The notes beneath the pieces are model-generated. The model was given only the letters and a program-made list of their open reading frames with translations. It was not told where the DNA came from and did not search any database. DNA of 39,932 bases from Acidimicrobiaceae bacterium (GTDB lineage Bacteria; Actinomycetota; Acidimicrobiia; Acidimicrobiales; Bog-793): contig JAODBN010000394.1 in NCBI GenBank assembly GCA_025463965.1, forward strand, positions 1 to 39,932, in the 5' to 3' direction. Made by a program: the position numbers and the translations under genes. Positions within the stretch are counted from its first letter, which is position 1. The number at the start of each line of letters is the position of its first letter. Below, piece by piece: positions 1 to 7,712 of the stretch.

Positions 1-1
1 C

Positions 2-1648
2 CTGATCAAGACGAACCGGCCGCGCTTCAACATCCGCCTGGTCGACGACAAGAGCTACCCCTACCTGGCCGTCACGGTGGGGGAGGAGTGGCCGAAGGCC
101 ACCGTCATGCGCGGCGCCAAGCGCAAGGGCACCCGCTACTTCGGCCCGTACGCCCACGCGTACGCCATCCGCGAGACCCTCGACCTCCTGCTGCGGTCCT
201 TCCCGATCCGGACCTGCACCGAGACGAAGTTCCGCCGCCACGAGCGCCTCGGTCGGCCCTGCCTGTTGCACCACATCGAGCGGTGCTCAGCGCCGTGCGT
301 GGGCGCGGTGAGCCCGGAGAAGTATCAAGAGCTCGTCGAAGAGCTGATGGCCTTCCTCGACGGGGACACGGCCCCCGTGGTCGCCCGCCTGACAAACGAG
401 ATGGCCGAAGCCGCCGACGCCCTCGAGTTCGAGCTGGCGGCCAGGGTCCGGGACCGGTTGAGCGCGGTCCGGCTCGCCAGCGAGCGCCAAGAGATGCTCG
501 TCTCCAACCAGGAGGACCTGGACGTCGTCGGGATGGCGGAGAGCGAGCTCGAGGCGGCCTTCCAGATCCTGCACGTGCGCCGGGGGCGCCTCGTCGGACG
601 CCAGGGTTTCGTGCTCGAGAAGGTCGAGCCGCTGACGCCGCCCGCGCTCGTCGCCCGCGCCCTCGAGCAGCACTACGCGGAGACCCCCCTCGGGGTGCCG
701 AAGGAGATCCTTGTCCCCGAGATCCCGGAGGACTTCGAGACCTACGGCGAGTGGCTGTCCGAGCGCCGTGGATCCGCGGTGCGGATCCGCCTCCCCGTGC
801 GCGGCCGCAAGCGGGCTCTGGTCGAGATGGCAGCGAAGAACGCGACCGAGCAGCTCCAGCGTCACGGGATGCGCCGAGCGAGCGACCTGACGAGCCGCGC
901 CCAGGCGCTCGACGAGCTGCAGGAGCACCTCGGCCTCGAGGAGGCTCCGCTTCGGATCGAGTGCTACGACATGAGCCACCTCCAGGGCACCGACTACGTC
1001 GGCTCGATGGTGGTCATGGAGGACGGGCTTCCCAAGCGCAGCGACTATCGACGCTTCAAGGTGAGCGCCGTGCAGGGAAACGACGACTACGGAGCGATGC
1101 ACGAGGTGCTGTACCGGCGCCTGCGCCGCCTCCTCGAGGAGGACACCGCGCCGCCCGATCCGACGCGCCGCCCTTCGCGCTTTGCCTACCCGCCCCAGCT
1201 GCTGTTGCTCGACGGGGGAAAGGGCCAGCTCGGGGTGGGCCTCAAGGTGCTCGAGGAGCTCGGGCTCACCGACCAGCTCGAGGTGGCCTCGCTCGCCAAG
1301 CAGTTCGAGGAGGTGTTCGTCCCCGGGCGTGAAGCCCCGGTCCGCATCCCCCGGGACTCGGCCGCCATCTACCTCCTCCAGCAGATCCGTGACGAGGCCC
1401 ACCGCTTCGCCATCAGCTACCACCGCGAGCTTCGGGGAAAGCGCATGCGCACGAGCGCCCTCGACGGCGTGCCCGGTCTCGGACCCGGTCGGCGAAAGCG
1501 CCTCGAGTCCGAGCTCGGCGGGGTGCGGGCGGTGCGCGCCGCCACCTTGGAGGAGCTGCTCGCGCTGTCGTGGCTGCCGGAGAAGGTGGCCCGCGCGCTG
1601 TTCGCCCGCCTGCACCCCGAGGCGCGACCCCAGGCCGTCTCGGCGTGA
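2..1648 (+). CDS. uvrC: Excinuclease ABC subunit C (UvrC), 5' end cut by window edge
   Basis: The frame is open from nt 2 (LIKTNRPRFNIRLVDDKSYPYLAVT...) and is continuous with ORF 77..1648. UvrC-typical GRPCLLHHIERCSAPCVG and IECYDMSHLQG motifs, plus a C-terminal HhH (LDGVPGLGPGRRKRL). Confidence 0.93.
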   Translation: MIKTNRPRFNIRLVDDKSYPYLAVTVGEEWPKATVMRGAKRKGTRYFGPYAHAYAIRETLDLLLRSFPIRTCTETKFRRHERLGRPCLLHHIERCSAPCVGAVSPEKYQELVEELMAFLDGDTAPVVARLTNEMAEAADALEFELAARVRDRLSAVRLASERQEMLVSNQEDLDVVGMAESELEAAFQILHVRRGRLVGRQGFVLEKVEPLTPPALVARALEQHYAETPLGVPKEILVPEIPEDFETYGEWLSERRGSAVRIRLPVRGRKRALVEMAAKNATEQLQRHGMRRASDLTSRAQALDELQEHLGLEEAPLRIECYDMSHLQGTDYVGSMVVMEDGLPKRSDYRRFKVSAVQGNDDYGAMHEVLYRRLRRLLEEDTAPPDPTRRPSRFAYPPQLLLLDGGKGQLGVGLKVLEELGLTDQLEVASLAKQFEEVFVPGREAPVRIPRDSAAIYLLQQIRDEAHRFAISYHRELRGKRMRTSALDGVPGLGPGRRKRLESELGGVRAVRAATLEELLALSWLPEKVARALFARLHPEARPQAVSA

Positions 1649-2475
1649 GCGCCGAGTCCGACCCGGGCGCGGACTGGGACGAGCTCGCCCCGTGGTGGAA
1701 GGCCACCTTCACGGGGGGAGCGGATCCCGAGTACGACCTCGAGATCCTGCCCATCGTGCGAAACGCCCTCGCCGGCTGTCGGCGCGTGCTCGATCTCGGC
1801 TGTGGCGAGGGCCAGGTCTCCCGGGCCGTCTCGGCCGAGATCGGCCGCGGTGCGGTCGTCGTCGGGCTCGACCCCTCGGCTGCGCAGCTCGCCAACGCCT
1901 GGGTGGCGGGGGGCCCTCCGCAGTACGTGCGGGGCAAGGGCGAGCAGCTGCCCTTCGCCGACGGCACCTTCGACGGGGTGTGCTGCTGTCTCGTCATCGA
2001 GCACGCCGACGACGTCGACGCGGTGCTCGCGGAGGTGGCCCGCGTCGTGGCGGTCGGGGGCCGCTTCGTCCTCCTCGTGAACCACCCGCTCTACCAGGGC
2101 CCGGCTTCGGGACTGATCGACGACCGGATCCTGGACGAGCGCTACTGGCGCGTTGGCCCCTACCTCACCGAGTCGCGCGGGCCCGAGGAGGTCGACCCGG
2201 GCGTCGCGGTGGTCTTCGCCCACCGGCCACTGTCGCGCTACATCAACCCGCTGGCAGCCGCCGACCTCGTACTCGTGGAGATGCTCGAGCCCCCGCCGCG
2301 CCGCGAGCTGCTCGAGGGCTCTCCCGCCCCCGAGCTTGAGGGCGCGATCCCGCGGCTGTTGGCGATGTGCTTCGAGCGCCGTCCCCGGTCGGGCGCGAGA
2401 ATCGGGTGGTCCGACGCCGGAGAGGCGCCGGCAGGAGCGGTCCAGGAGGGCGGGCGGCGGTGGCCGAGTACCTGA
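1645..2475 (+). CDS. Class I SAM-dependent methyltransferase
   Basis: Part of ORF 1570..2475. GTG at 1645 overlaps the uvrC TGA (GTGA). Motif I is VLDLGCGEG, and FADGTFDGVCCCLVIEHADD is typical of Methyltransf_11/25 proteins. The start is inferred, not certain. Confidence 0.75.
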   Translation: MSAESDPGADWDELAPWWKATFTGGADPEYDLEILPIVRNALAGCRRVLDLGCGEGQVSRAVSAEIGRGAVVVGLDPSAAQLANAWVAGGPPQYVRGKGEQLPFADGTFDGVCCCLVIEHADDVDAVLAEVARVVAVGGRFVLLVNHPLYQGPASGLIDDRILDERYWRVGPYLTESRGPEEVDPGVAVVFAHRPLSRYINPLAAADLVLVEMLEPPPRRELLEGSPAPELEGAIPRLLAMCFERRPRSGARIGWSDAGEAPAGAVQEGGRRWPST

Positions 2476-3314
2476 TCGTCGCGGGGATGTCGGGGGCCGG
2501 GCGCTCCTCGGCCGCGGCGACCCTCGAGGACATGGGCTGGTTCGTGATCGACAACCTGCCGCCGTCGCTGATCGGCAAGGTCGCCGACCTGGCCAGCCAC
2601 CCCGGCTCCGAGCTCGACCGCTTCTGCTTCGTGGCCGGCCGCGGCGGGCTCGAGTCGATGAACGAGCTCGTCCCCGCCATCGAGACCCTGCGCTCGAGCG
2701 GGGCGCGGGTGCGGGTGCTCTTCCTCGACGCCTCCGACGAGGTCCTGGTGCGCCGCTACGAGGGCAGCCGGCGCCGCCACCCGCTCGAGGCCGACGGGGT
2801 GCTCGAGTCGATCCGCCTCGAGCGCGACCTCCTGCGCCCCATCCGCGAGAGCGCCGAGGTCGTGATCGACACGAGCTCGGTGAACGTCCACCAGCTGCGG
2901 GACCGCCTCCAGGAGCTGTTCTCGAGCAAGGAGTCGCCGGGGGGCATGGAGACGAGCGTGGTCTCCTTCGGCTTCAAGCACGGGCTGCCGCTCGACGTGG
3001 ACCTCGTGCTCGACTGTCGCTTCCTGCCCAACCCCCACTGGGTGGAGGCGCTCCGGCCGCACACCGGTCTCGACGAGGACGTGCGCGAGTACGTGTTGGA
3101 GCGCCCCGAGGCCCAGGAATTCCTGGCCAGGATCACGGACCTGCTCGAGTTCCTCTTGCCCGCCTACGCGAAGGAGGGCAAGTCCTACCTGTCGATCGCC
3201 ATCGGCTGCACGGGGGGCCGGCACCGCTCGGTGGCGATCGCCGAAGAGCTCGCCAAGGCGATCCGCGCGCAGGGCTTCGCGCCCACCGTGCACCACCGGG
3301 ACATCGATCGTTGA
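2460..3314 (+). CDS. rapZ: RNase adapter / nucleotide-binding protein RapZ (YvcJ)
   Basis: C-terminal 285 aa of ORF 2367..3314, from GTG 2460 (VAEYLIVAGMSGAGRSSA is the P-loop). Conserved FGFKHGLPLDVDLVLDCRFLPNPHW and IGCTGGRHRSVAIAEEL motifs. Confidence 0.9.
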   Translation: MAEYLIVAGMSGAGRSSAAATLEDMGWFVIDNLPPSLIGKVADLASHPGSELDRFCFVAGRGGLESMNELVPAIETLRSSGARVRVLFLDASDEVLVRRYEGSRRRHPLEADGVLESIRLERDLLRPIRESAEVVIDTSSVNVHQLRDRLQELFSSKESPGGMETSVVSFGFKHGLPLDVDLVLDCRFLPNPHWVEALRPHTGLDEDVREYVLERPEAQEFLARITDLLEFLLPAYAKEGKSYLSIAIGCTGGRHRSVAIAEELAKAIRAQGFAPTVHHRDIDR

Positions 3315-4213
3315 CCGGGCCTCGGGCGCTTGTTCTCGGCGGCCCGAAGGTGACGGCGATCGGTGGCGGGCACGGCCTTGCCCGCAGCCTCGGCGCCGCC
3401 CGGCGCTTCGCCGGCGAGCTGGCAGCGGTGGTGTCGGTGGCGGACGACGGGGGATCGTCGGGCCGGCTTCGCGACGAGCTCGGGATCCCGGCCCCGGGGG
3501 ACGTGCGTCGGGCGATCGGGGCGATGCTCGTCGAGCCGGACCGGCTCGGGCCGCTCCTCGAGTACCGCTTCAGCGGCGGGGACCTCGACGGCCACGCCTA
3601 CGGCAACCTTCTCCTCGCGGCGCTCGCCGCCACCACCGGCGACTTCGCCGCGGCGGTGGCCGAGGCGTGCTCCCTCCTCGGCACGCTCGGGCCGGTCTTC
3701 CCCGCCACGACGGAAGCGGTGGTGCTGCGCGGCGAGGCGGGATCGCTGGCGGTGTGCGGCCAGGTGGCGGTGATGGGGACCGCCGGGCTCGAGCGCGTGG
3801 CGATCGAGCCAGCCGACGCCCGAACGCCGCCCGGGGCGCTCGACGCGGTGGAGCGAGCCGACCTCGTCGTGCTCGGCCCCGGTTCGCTGTTCACGAGCGT
3901 GCTCGCCGCGCTCGCCGCCCCCGAGCTCGCCGCGGCGGTGGGGGAGTGCAAGGGCAAAGTGGCCTACGTGTGCAACCTGCACGAGCAGCGGCCCGAGACG
4001 GAGGGCTACGACGTGGCGACGCACCTCTCGGTGCTCGCCGCCCACGGCGTGCGCCCGGACGTCGTCGTCGTGGACCGCGCCACGATCTCGCTCGGCGACG
4101 TCCCGCCCGGCGTCGAGCTGGCGTTCGGCGACCTGTGTGGGCCGAGCGGGCGAGCGCACGACGAGCGACGTCTGGCGGTCCTGCTCGCCGGGCTCGCCAA
4201 ACGGCCCTCCTAG
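3311..4213 (+). CDS. yvcK: YvcK/CuvA-like gluconeogenesis factor (CofD-related, UPF0052)
   Basis: Only the C-terminal ~300 aa of the 686-aa ORF 2153..4213 is credible. TTG 3311 overlaps the rapZ stop; GTG 3350 is an alternative start. Motifs VTAIGGGHGLARSL and SVADDGGSSGRLRDELGIPAPGD. Confidence 0.85.
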   Translation: MTGPRALVLGGPKVTAIGGGHGLARSLGAARRFAGELAAVVSVADDGGSSGRLRDELGIPAPGDVRRAIGAMLVEPDRLGPLLEYRFSGGDLDGHAYGNLLLAALAATTGDFAAAVAEACSLLGTLGPVFPATTEAVVLRGEAGSLAVCGQVAVMGTAGLERVAIEPADARTPPGALDAVERADLVVLGPGSLFTSVLAALAAPELAAAVGECKGKVAYVCNLHEQRPETEGYDVATHLSVLAAHGVRPDVVVVDRATISLGDVPPGVELAFGDLCGPSGRAHDERRLAVLLAGLAKRPS

Positions 4214-4346
4214 CCGCCCGAGGCGCGAATACGTCCTGCTCAGGGGGCTAGTTGCACTCCGGTCTCTGCTGCGTCACATTGGAGGCTCCGAATTCAAGGG
4301 GTGGGTGCTCGCGCGGGCGCTCGCCGGAAAGCCGGAGGGCGATGCG

Positions 4347-5366
4347 ATGACGGTTCGAGTAGCGGTGAACGGCTTCGGCCGGATCGGCAGGAACTTCCTC
4401 CGCGCGGCCCACGAACAGGGCGCGGACCTCGAGATCGTCGCCGTGAACGACCTGGTCAGCCCCGAGACCAACGCCCACCTGCTGCGCTACGACTCGACGC
4501 ACGGGCGCTTCGCCGGCGAGGTGGTCGTCGACGAGCGCGGCATCGTCGTCGACGGCAAAGTCACTCAGGCCTTCGCGGAGCGGGACCCGAGCCAGCTCCC
4601 CTGGAAGCAGCTCGAGGTCGACGTGGTCATCGAGTCGACCGGCCGCTTCACCAAGCGTGCCGCGGCGGAGGCCCACCTGCAGGCGGGTGCGGGCCGCGTG
4701 ATCATCTCCGCCCCCTCGGACGACGCGGACGCCACCTTCGTCGTCGGCGTCAACGACGACACCTACGACCCCGACGCGCACCAGATCGTGTCCAACGCCT
4801 CGTGCACGACGAACTGCTTCGTGCCGATGATCAAGGTCCTCGACGACGCCTTCGGCGTGCACAAGGGCCTCATGACGACGGTGCACGCCTACACGAACGA
4901 CCAGGAGCTGCTCGACCTCGCACGGGACAACCTGCGTCGGGCGCGAGCCGCGGCCGTGAACATCGTTCCCTCCTCGACCGGGGCTGCCCGGGCCACCGGG
5001 CTCGTGCTCTCCTCGATGAAGGGTCGTCTCGACGGCTCGTCGCTACGCGTGCCGGTCCAGGACGGCTCGATCACCGACTTCACCGGCATCGTGAACGCCG
5101 CGGTCGACAAGGCGGCGGTCAATGCCGCCTTCGCCGAGGCCGCCGCCTCCGGGCCGCTGTCCAAGGTGCTGGTGTACACCGAGGACGAGATCGTCTCGAC
5201 CGACATCGTGGGGTCGGCTGCCTCCTGCACCTTCGACTCCAAGCTGACGATGGTCATGCCCCTCGACGACAACAGCACGCTGGTCAAGATCTTCGGCTGG
5301 TACGACAACGAGTGGGGCTACTCGAGCCGGCTCGTGGACCTGGTCGGCATCGTCGGGGCTCGGTGA
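4347..5366 (+). CDS. gap: Type I glyceraldehyde-3-phosphate dehydrogenase
   Basis: ATG 4347 is preceded by GGAGGG (4334-4339). MTVRVAVNGFGRIGRNF Rossmann N-terminus; catalytic SNASCTTNC; WYDNEWGYS near the C-terminus. Confidence 0.95.
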   Translation: MTVRVAVNGFGRIGRNFLRAAHEQGADLEIVAVNDLVSPETNAHLLRYDSTHGRFAGEVVVDERGIVVDGKVTQAFAERDPSQLPWKQLEVDVVIESTGRFTKRAAAEAHLQAGAGRVIISAPSDDADATFVVGVNDDTYDPDAHQIVSNASCTTNCFVPMIKVLDDAFGVHKGLMTTVHAYTNDQELLDLARDNLRRARAAAVNIVPSSTGAARATGLVLSSMKGRLDGSSLRVPVQDGSITDFTGIVNAAVDKAAVNAAFAEAAASGPLSKVLVYTEDEIVSTDIVGSAASCTFDSKLTMVMPLDDNSTLVKIFGWYDNEWGYSSRLVDLVGIVGAR

Positions 5367-6532
5367 GCCCGACCACCGGCGGCATCCCGGTCCTCGAGGA
5401 CCTCCCTCCGCTCTCCGGCAAGAAGGTCCTGCTGCGGGCCGACTACAACGTGCCCCTCGCCGAGGGGCGCGCCGGCGAGCGGGTGGTGGTGGACGACTTC
5501 CGCATCCGCGCCACCCTGCCGACGATCCAGTGGCTGCTCGCACAGGGCGCCGAGGTCACCGCCTGCACCCACCTCGGGCGGCCGAAGGGCGCTCCGGACC
5601 CCCGCTACGACGTCGCTCCGGTGCGGGCGCGCCTCGCCGAGCTCGCACCCGGGGTGTCGCTCGAGCAGAACCTGCGCTTCGACCCGGGCGAGGAGGCGAA
5701 CGACCCCGCCACCGTGCAGCGCCTGATCGCCGGATTCGACGCCTACGTGAACGACGCCTTCGGCGCCGCGCACCGGGCGCACGCATCGGTCGTCGGCCCG
5801 CCGAAGTTCCTGCCGTCCGCGGCGGGGCGTCTCCTCCAGCGCGAGGTCGAGGTGCTCGGCGGACTGCTCGGCTCGCCCGAGCGGCCCTTCATCGCGGTGG
5901 TGGGCGGTGCCAAGGTCGCCGACAAGCTGGCGGTGCTTCGCAGCCTGATCAAGAAGGTCGACACGGTGCTCGTCGGCGGGGGGATGAGCTACACGGTCCG
6001 CGCCGCGCTCGGGCACCCGATCGGTGCCTCCCTGTTCGACGCCTCCAAGGTCGAGGAGTGCCGCGAGCTGCTCGACGGGGACACCGAGATCCTGCTTCCC
6101 ACCGACATGGTGGCGCTGTCGCCCGACGGAAAGATCAACTTCGGGGGCCACCCCGAGCTCGAGGCGACCGGCTCCACGCGCGTCGTCGGGCGCGACGTCC
6201 CCGACGGCTGGGAGGCGATCGACATCGGCCCCGAGACCCGGGTCCGCTACCGAGAGCGCATCCTCAAGGCGCGCACGGTGCTGTGGAACGGGCCGATGGG
6301 CGCCTTCGAGGACGGCCGCTTCGGCGAGGGCACCCGCTCGGTTGCCGAGGCGGTGTCCGAATGCCCGGGCTTCACGGTGGTCGGCGGCGGCGACTCGGCC
6401 GCGGCGCTCGACAAGTTCAACATCGCAGGCGAGATCGACCACGTCTCCACCGGCGGTGGCGCCTCGCTGGAGTTCCTCGAAAAGGGCGACCTGCCCGGCC
6501 TGGCGGCACTGCGCGCCGGCCGGACCGGTTAG
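5363..6532 (+). CDS. pgk: Phosphoglycerate kinase
   Basis: GTG 5363 overlaps the gap TGA (GTGA). KKVLLRADYNVPL, WNGPMGAFE and VVGGGDSAAA motifs. This is the real part of the 743-aa ORF 4301..6532. Confidence 0.95.
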   Translation: MSPTTGGIPVLEDLPPLSGKKVLLRADYNVPLAEGRAGERVVVDDFRIRATLPTIQWLLAQGAEVTACTHLGRPKGAPDPRYDVAPVRARLAELAPGVSLEQNLRFDPGEEANDPATVQRLIAGFDAYVNDAFGAAHRAHASVVGPPKFLPSAAGRLLQREVEVLGGLLGSPERPFIAVVGGAKVADKLAVLRSLIKKVDTVLVGGGMSYTVRAALGHPIGASLFDASKVEECRELLDGDTEILLPTDMVALSPDGKINFGGHPELEATGSTRVVGRDVPDGWEAIDIGPETRVRYRERILKARTVLWNGPMGAFEDGRFGEGTRSVAEAVSECPGFTVVGGGDSAAALDKFNIAGEIDHVSTGGGASLEFLEKGDLPGLAALRAGRTG

Positions 6533-6542
6533 GGGCCCGGCC

Positions 6543-7322
6543 TTGGGAGGAGCCGAGCGGGGGATCCTGGTCAGCGGCAACTGGAAGATGAACGAGAACC
6601 ACTTCGAGGCGCTCAAGCTCATCCAGGAGCTGGCTGCCCTGCTGCGCAGCGGAGGCGTGCCCGAGGGACGCGAGGCGAGCGTGCATCCGCCGTTCACCTC
6701 CATCCGCACCGTGCAGACCGCCGTCGAGACCGACCACGTGCCGCTCTCGCTCGGCGCCCAGGACTGCCACCATGCCGATCGCGGCGCTTTCACCGGAGAG
6801 GTGAGCGCCGAGATGCTGGCCAAGCTGAACGTGGTCTACGTGATCGCCGGGCACTCCGAGCGTCGGACCTACTGCGGGGAGACCGACGAGCAGGTGCGCG
6901 CCAAGGTGGACGCCATCTACCGCAACGGCATGCGCCCGATCGTCTGTGTCGGCGAGCACCTGGCCGAGCGCCAGGCGGGCGAGGCCGTGGCAAAGGTGCG
7001 CAGCCAGGTCGCCGCGGTGTTCTCCGGGCGCTCCGCCGAGCAGGTCGCCGCTGCGGTCGTCGCCTACGAGCCGGTGTGGGCGATCGGGACGGGGGAGAGC
7101 GCCACCCCCGAGGACGCCGAGACGATGTGCGCGGAGATCCGGGCCGAGCTCGTGGCCCAGGCCGGCGCCCAGGCGGGCTCGGCGCGTGTGCAGTACGGAG
7201 GATCGGTAGGGCCCGACAGCGCCGGCGAGCTTCTGGCGCAGGAGAACGTCGACGGCCTCCTCGTCGGGGGAGCGAGCCTCGACGCAGGAAAGTTCGTGGC
7301 GATCCTCCACGCCGGGGCCTGA
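6543..7322 (+). CDS. tpiA: Triose-phosphate isomerase
   Basis: TTG 6543 in the frame of ORF 6024..7322. SGNWKMN, IAGHSERR and AYEPVWAIGTG motifs. Confidence 0.92.
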   Translation: MGGAERGILVSGNWKMNENHFEALKLIQELAALLRSGGVPEGREASVHPPFTSIRTVQTAVETDHVPLSLGAQDCHHADRGAFTGEVSAEMLAKLNVVYVIAGHSERRTYCGETDEQVRAKVDAIYRNGMRPIVCVGEHLAERQAGEAVAKVRSQVAAVFSGRSAEQVAAAVVAYEPVWAIGTGESATPEDAETMCAEIRAELVAQAGAQAGSARVQYGGSVGPDSAGELLAQENVDGLLVGGASLDAGKFVAILHAGA

Positions 7323-7481
7323 GACCCCAGCACCCGAGGCATAGCGCTAGAGGCATGCACCCGAGCCGCAGCAGACGGGCCACGGCGCTTGATCCGAAGG
7401 GGACGGGGCGGTCGGCGCTTCGCCGAATGGTCCTCAGGTGCCGCAGCTTTGCCGCCAGGCCCGACTGCTAGCCTGCTCAGC

Positions 7482-7712
7482 GTGCTGACGGACGTGCTTG
7501 TCGGGGTCGAGGTTCTCTGTAGCTTCGCCCTGATTCTCTTGATCCTGCTCCACTCGGGGCGAGGCGGCGGTCTTTCGGACATGTTCGGATCGTCGGTCGG
7601 ATCGGCCGCCGCGGGTTCCACCGTGGCCGAGAAGAACCTGGACCGCCTGACGGTGACGGTCGCGGTGCTGTTCGCCTTCAGCACCGTGATCATCGGCCTG
7701 CGGTGGGGCTGA
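7482..7712 (+). CDS. secG: Preprotein translocase subunit SecG
   Basis: GTG 7482 within ORF 7389..7712. A ~76-aa two-TM protein with LLHSGRGGGLSDMFG, the typical SecG loop. It sits directly after tpiA, as in many Gram-positive genomes. Confidence 0.8.
   Translation: MLTDVLVGVEVLCSFALILLILLHSGRGGGLSDMFGSSVGSAAAGSTVAEKNLDRLTVTVAVLFAFSTVIIGLRWG

Noticed and set aside
287-1615. Long antisense ORF (442 aa) opposite uvrC. Similar long minus-strand or out-of-frame ORFs lie at 1417..2223, 2238..3296, 3185..4159, 5318..6823, 7064..9028, 17393..18700, 20895..22529, 27848..29410 and 38974..39888.
   Set aside because: These are typical high-GC shadow ORFs. Their translations are Arg/Ala/Pro/Gly-rich low-complexity strings with no motifs, and each lies opposite or out of frame to a gene with clear family signatures.
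2153-4213. A 686-aa ORF that would be one very large protein spanning the methyltransferase, rapZ and yvcK. ORFs 4301..6532 (743 aa) and 6024..7322 (432 aa) behave the same way.
   Set aside because: Only the C-terminal parts carry real homology (YvcK, Pgk, TpiA). The N-terminal extensions are out-of-frame read-through of upstream genes with Arg/Pro-rich nonsense sequence. Start codons were re-assigned at stop/start overlaps.
4214-4346. Looked for a degraded whiA or a structured RNA in the yvcK-gap spacer
   Set aside because: 133 bp is far too short for whiA, and no WhiA-like peptide appears in any frame. Only a weak promoter-like TTGCAC...CACATT was seen. Only the absence of whiA is reported, as a finding.
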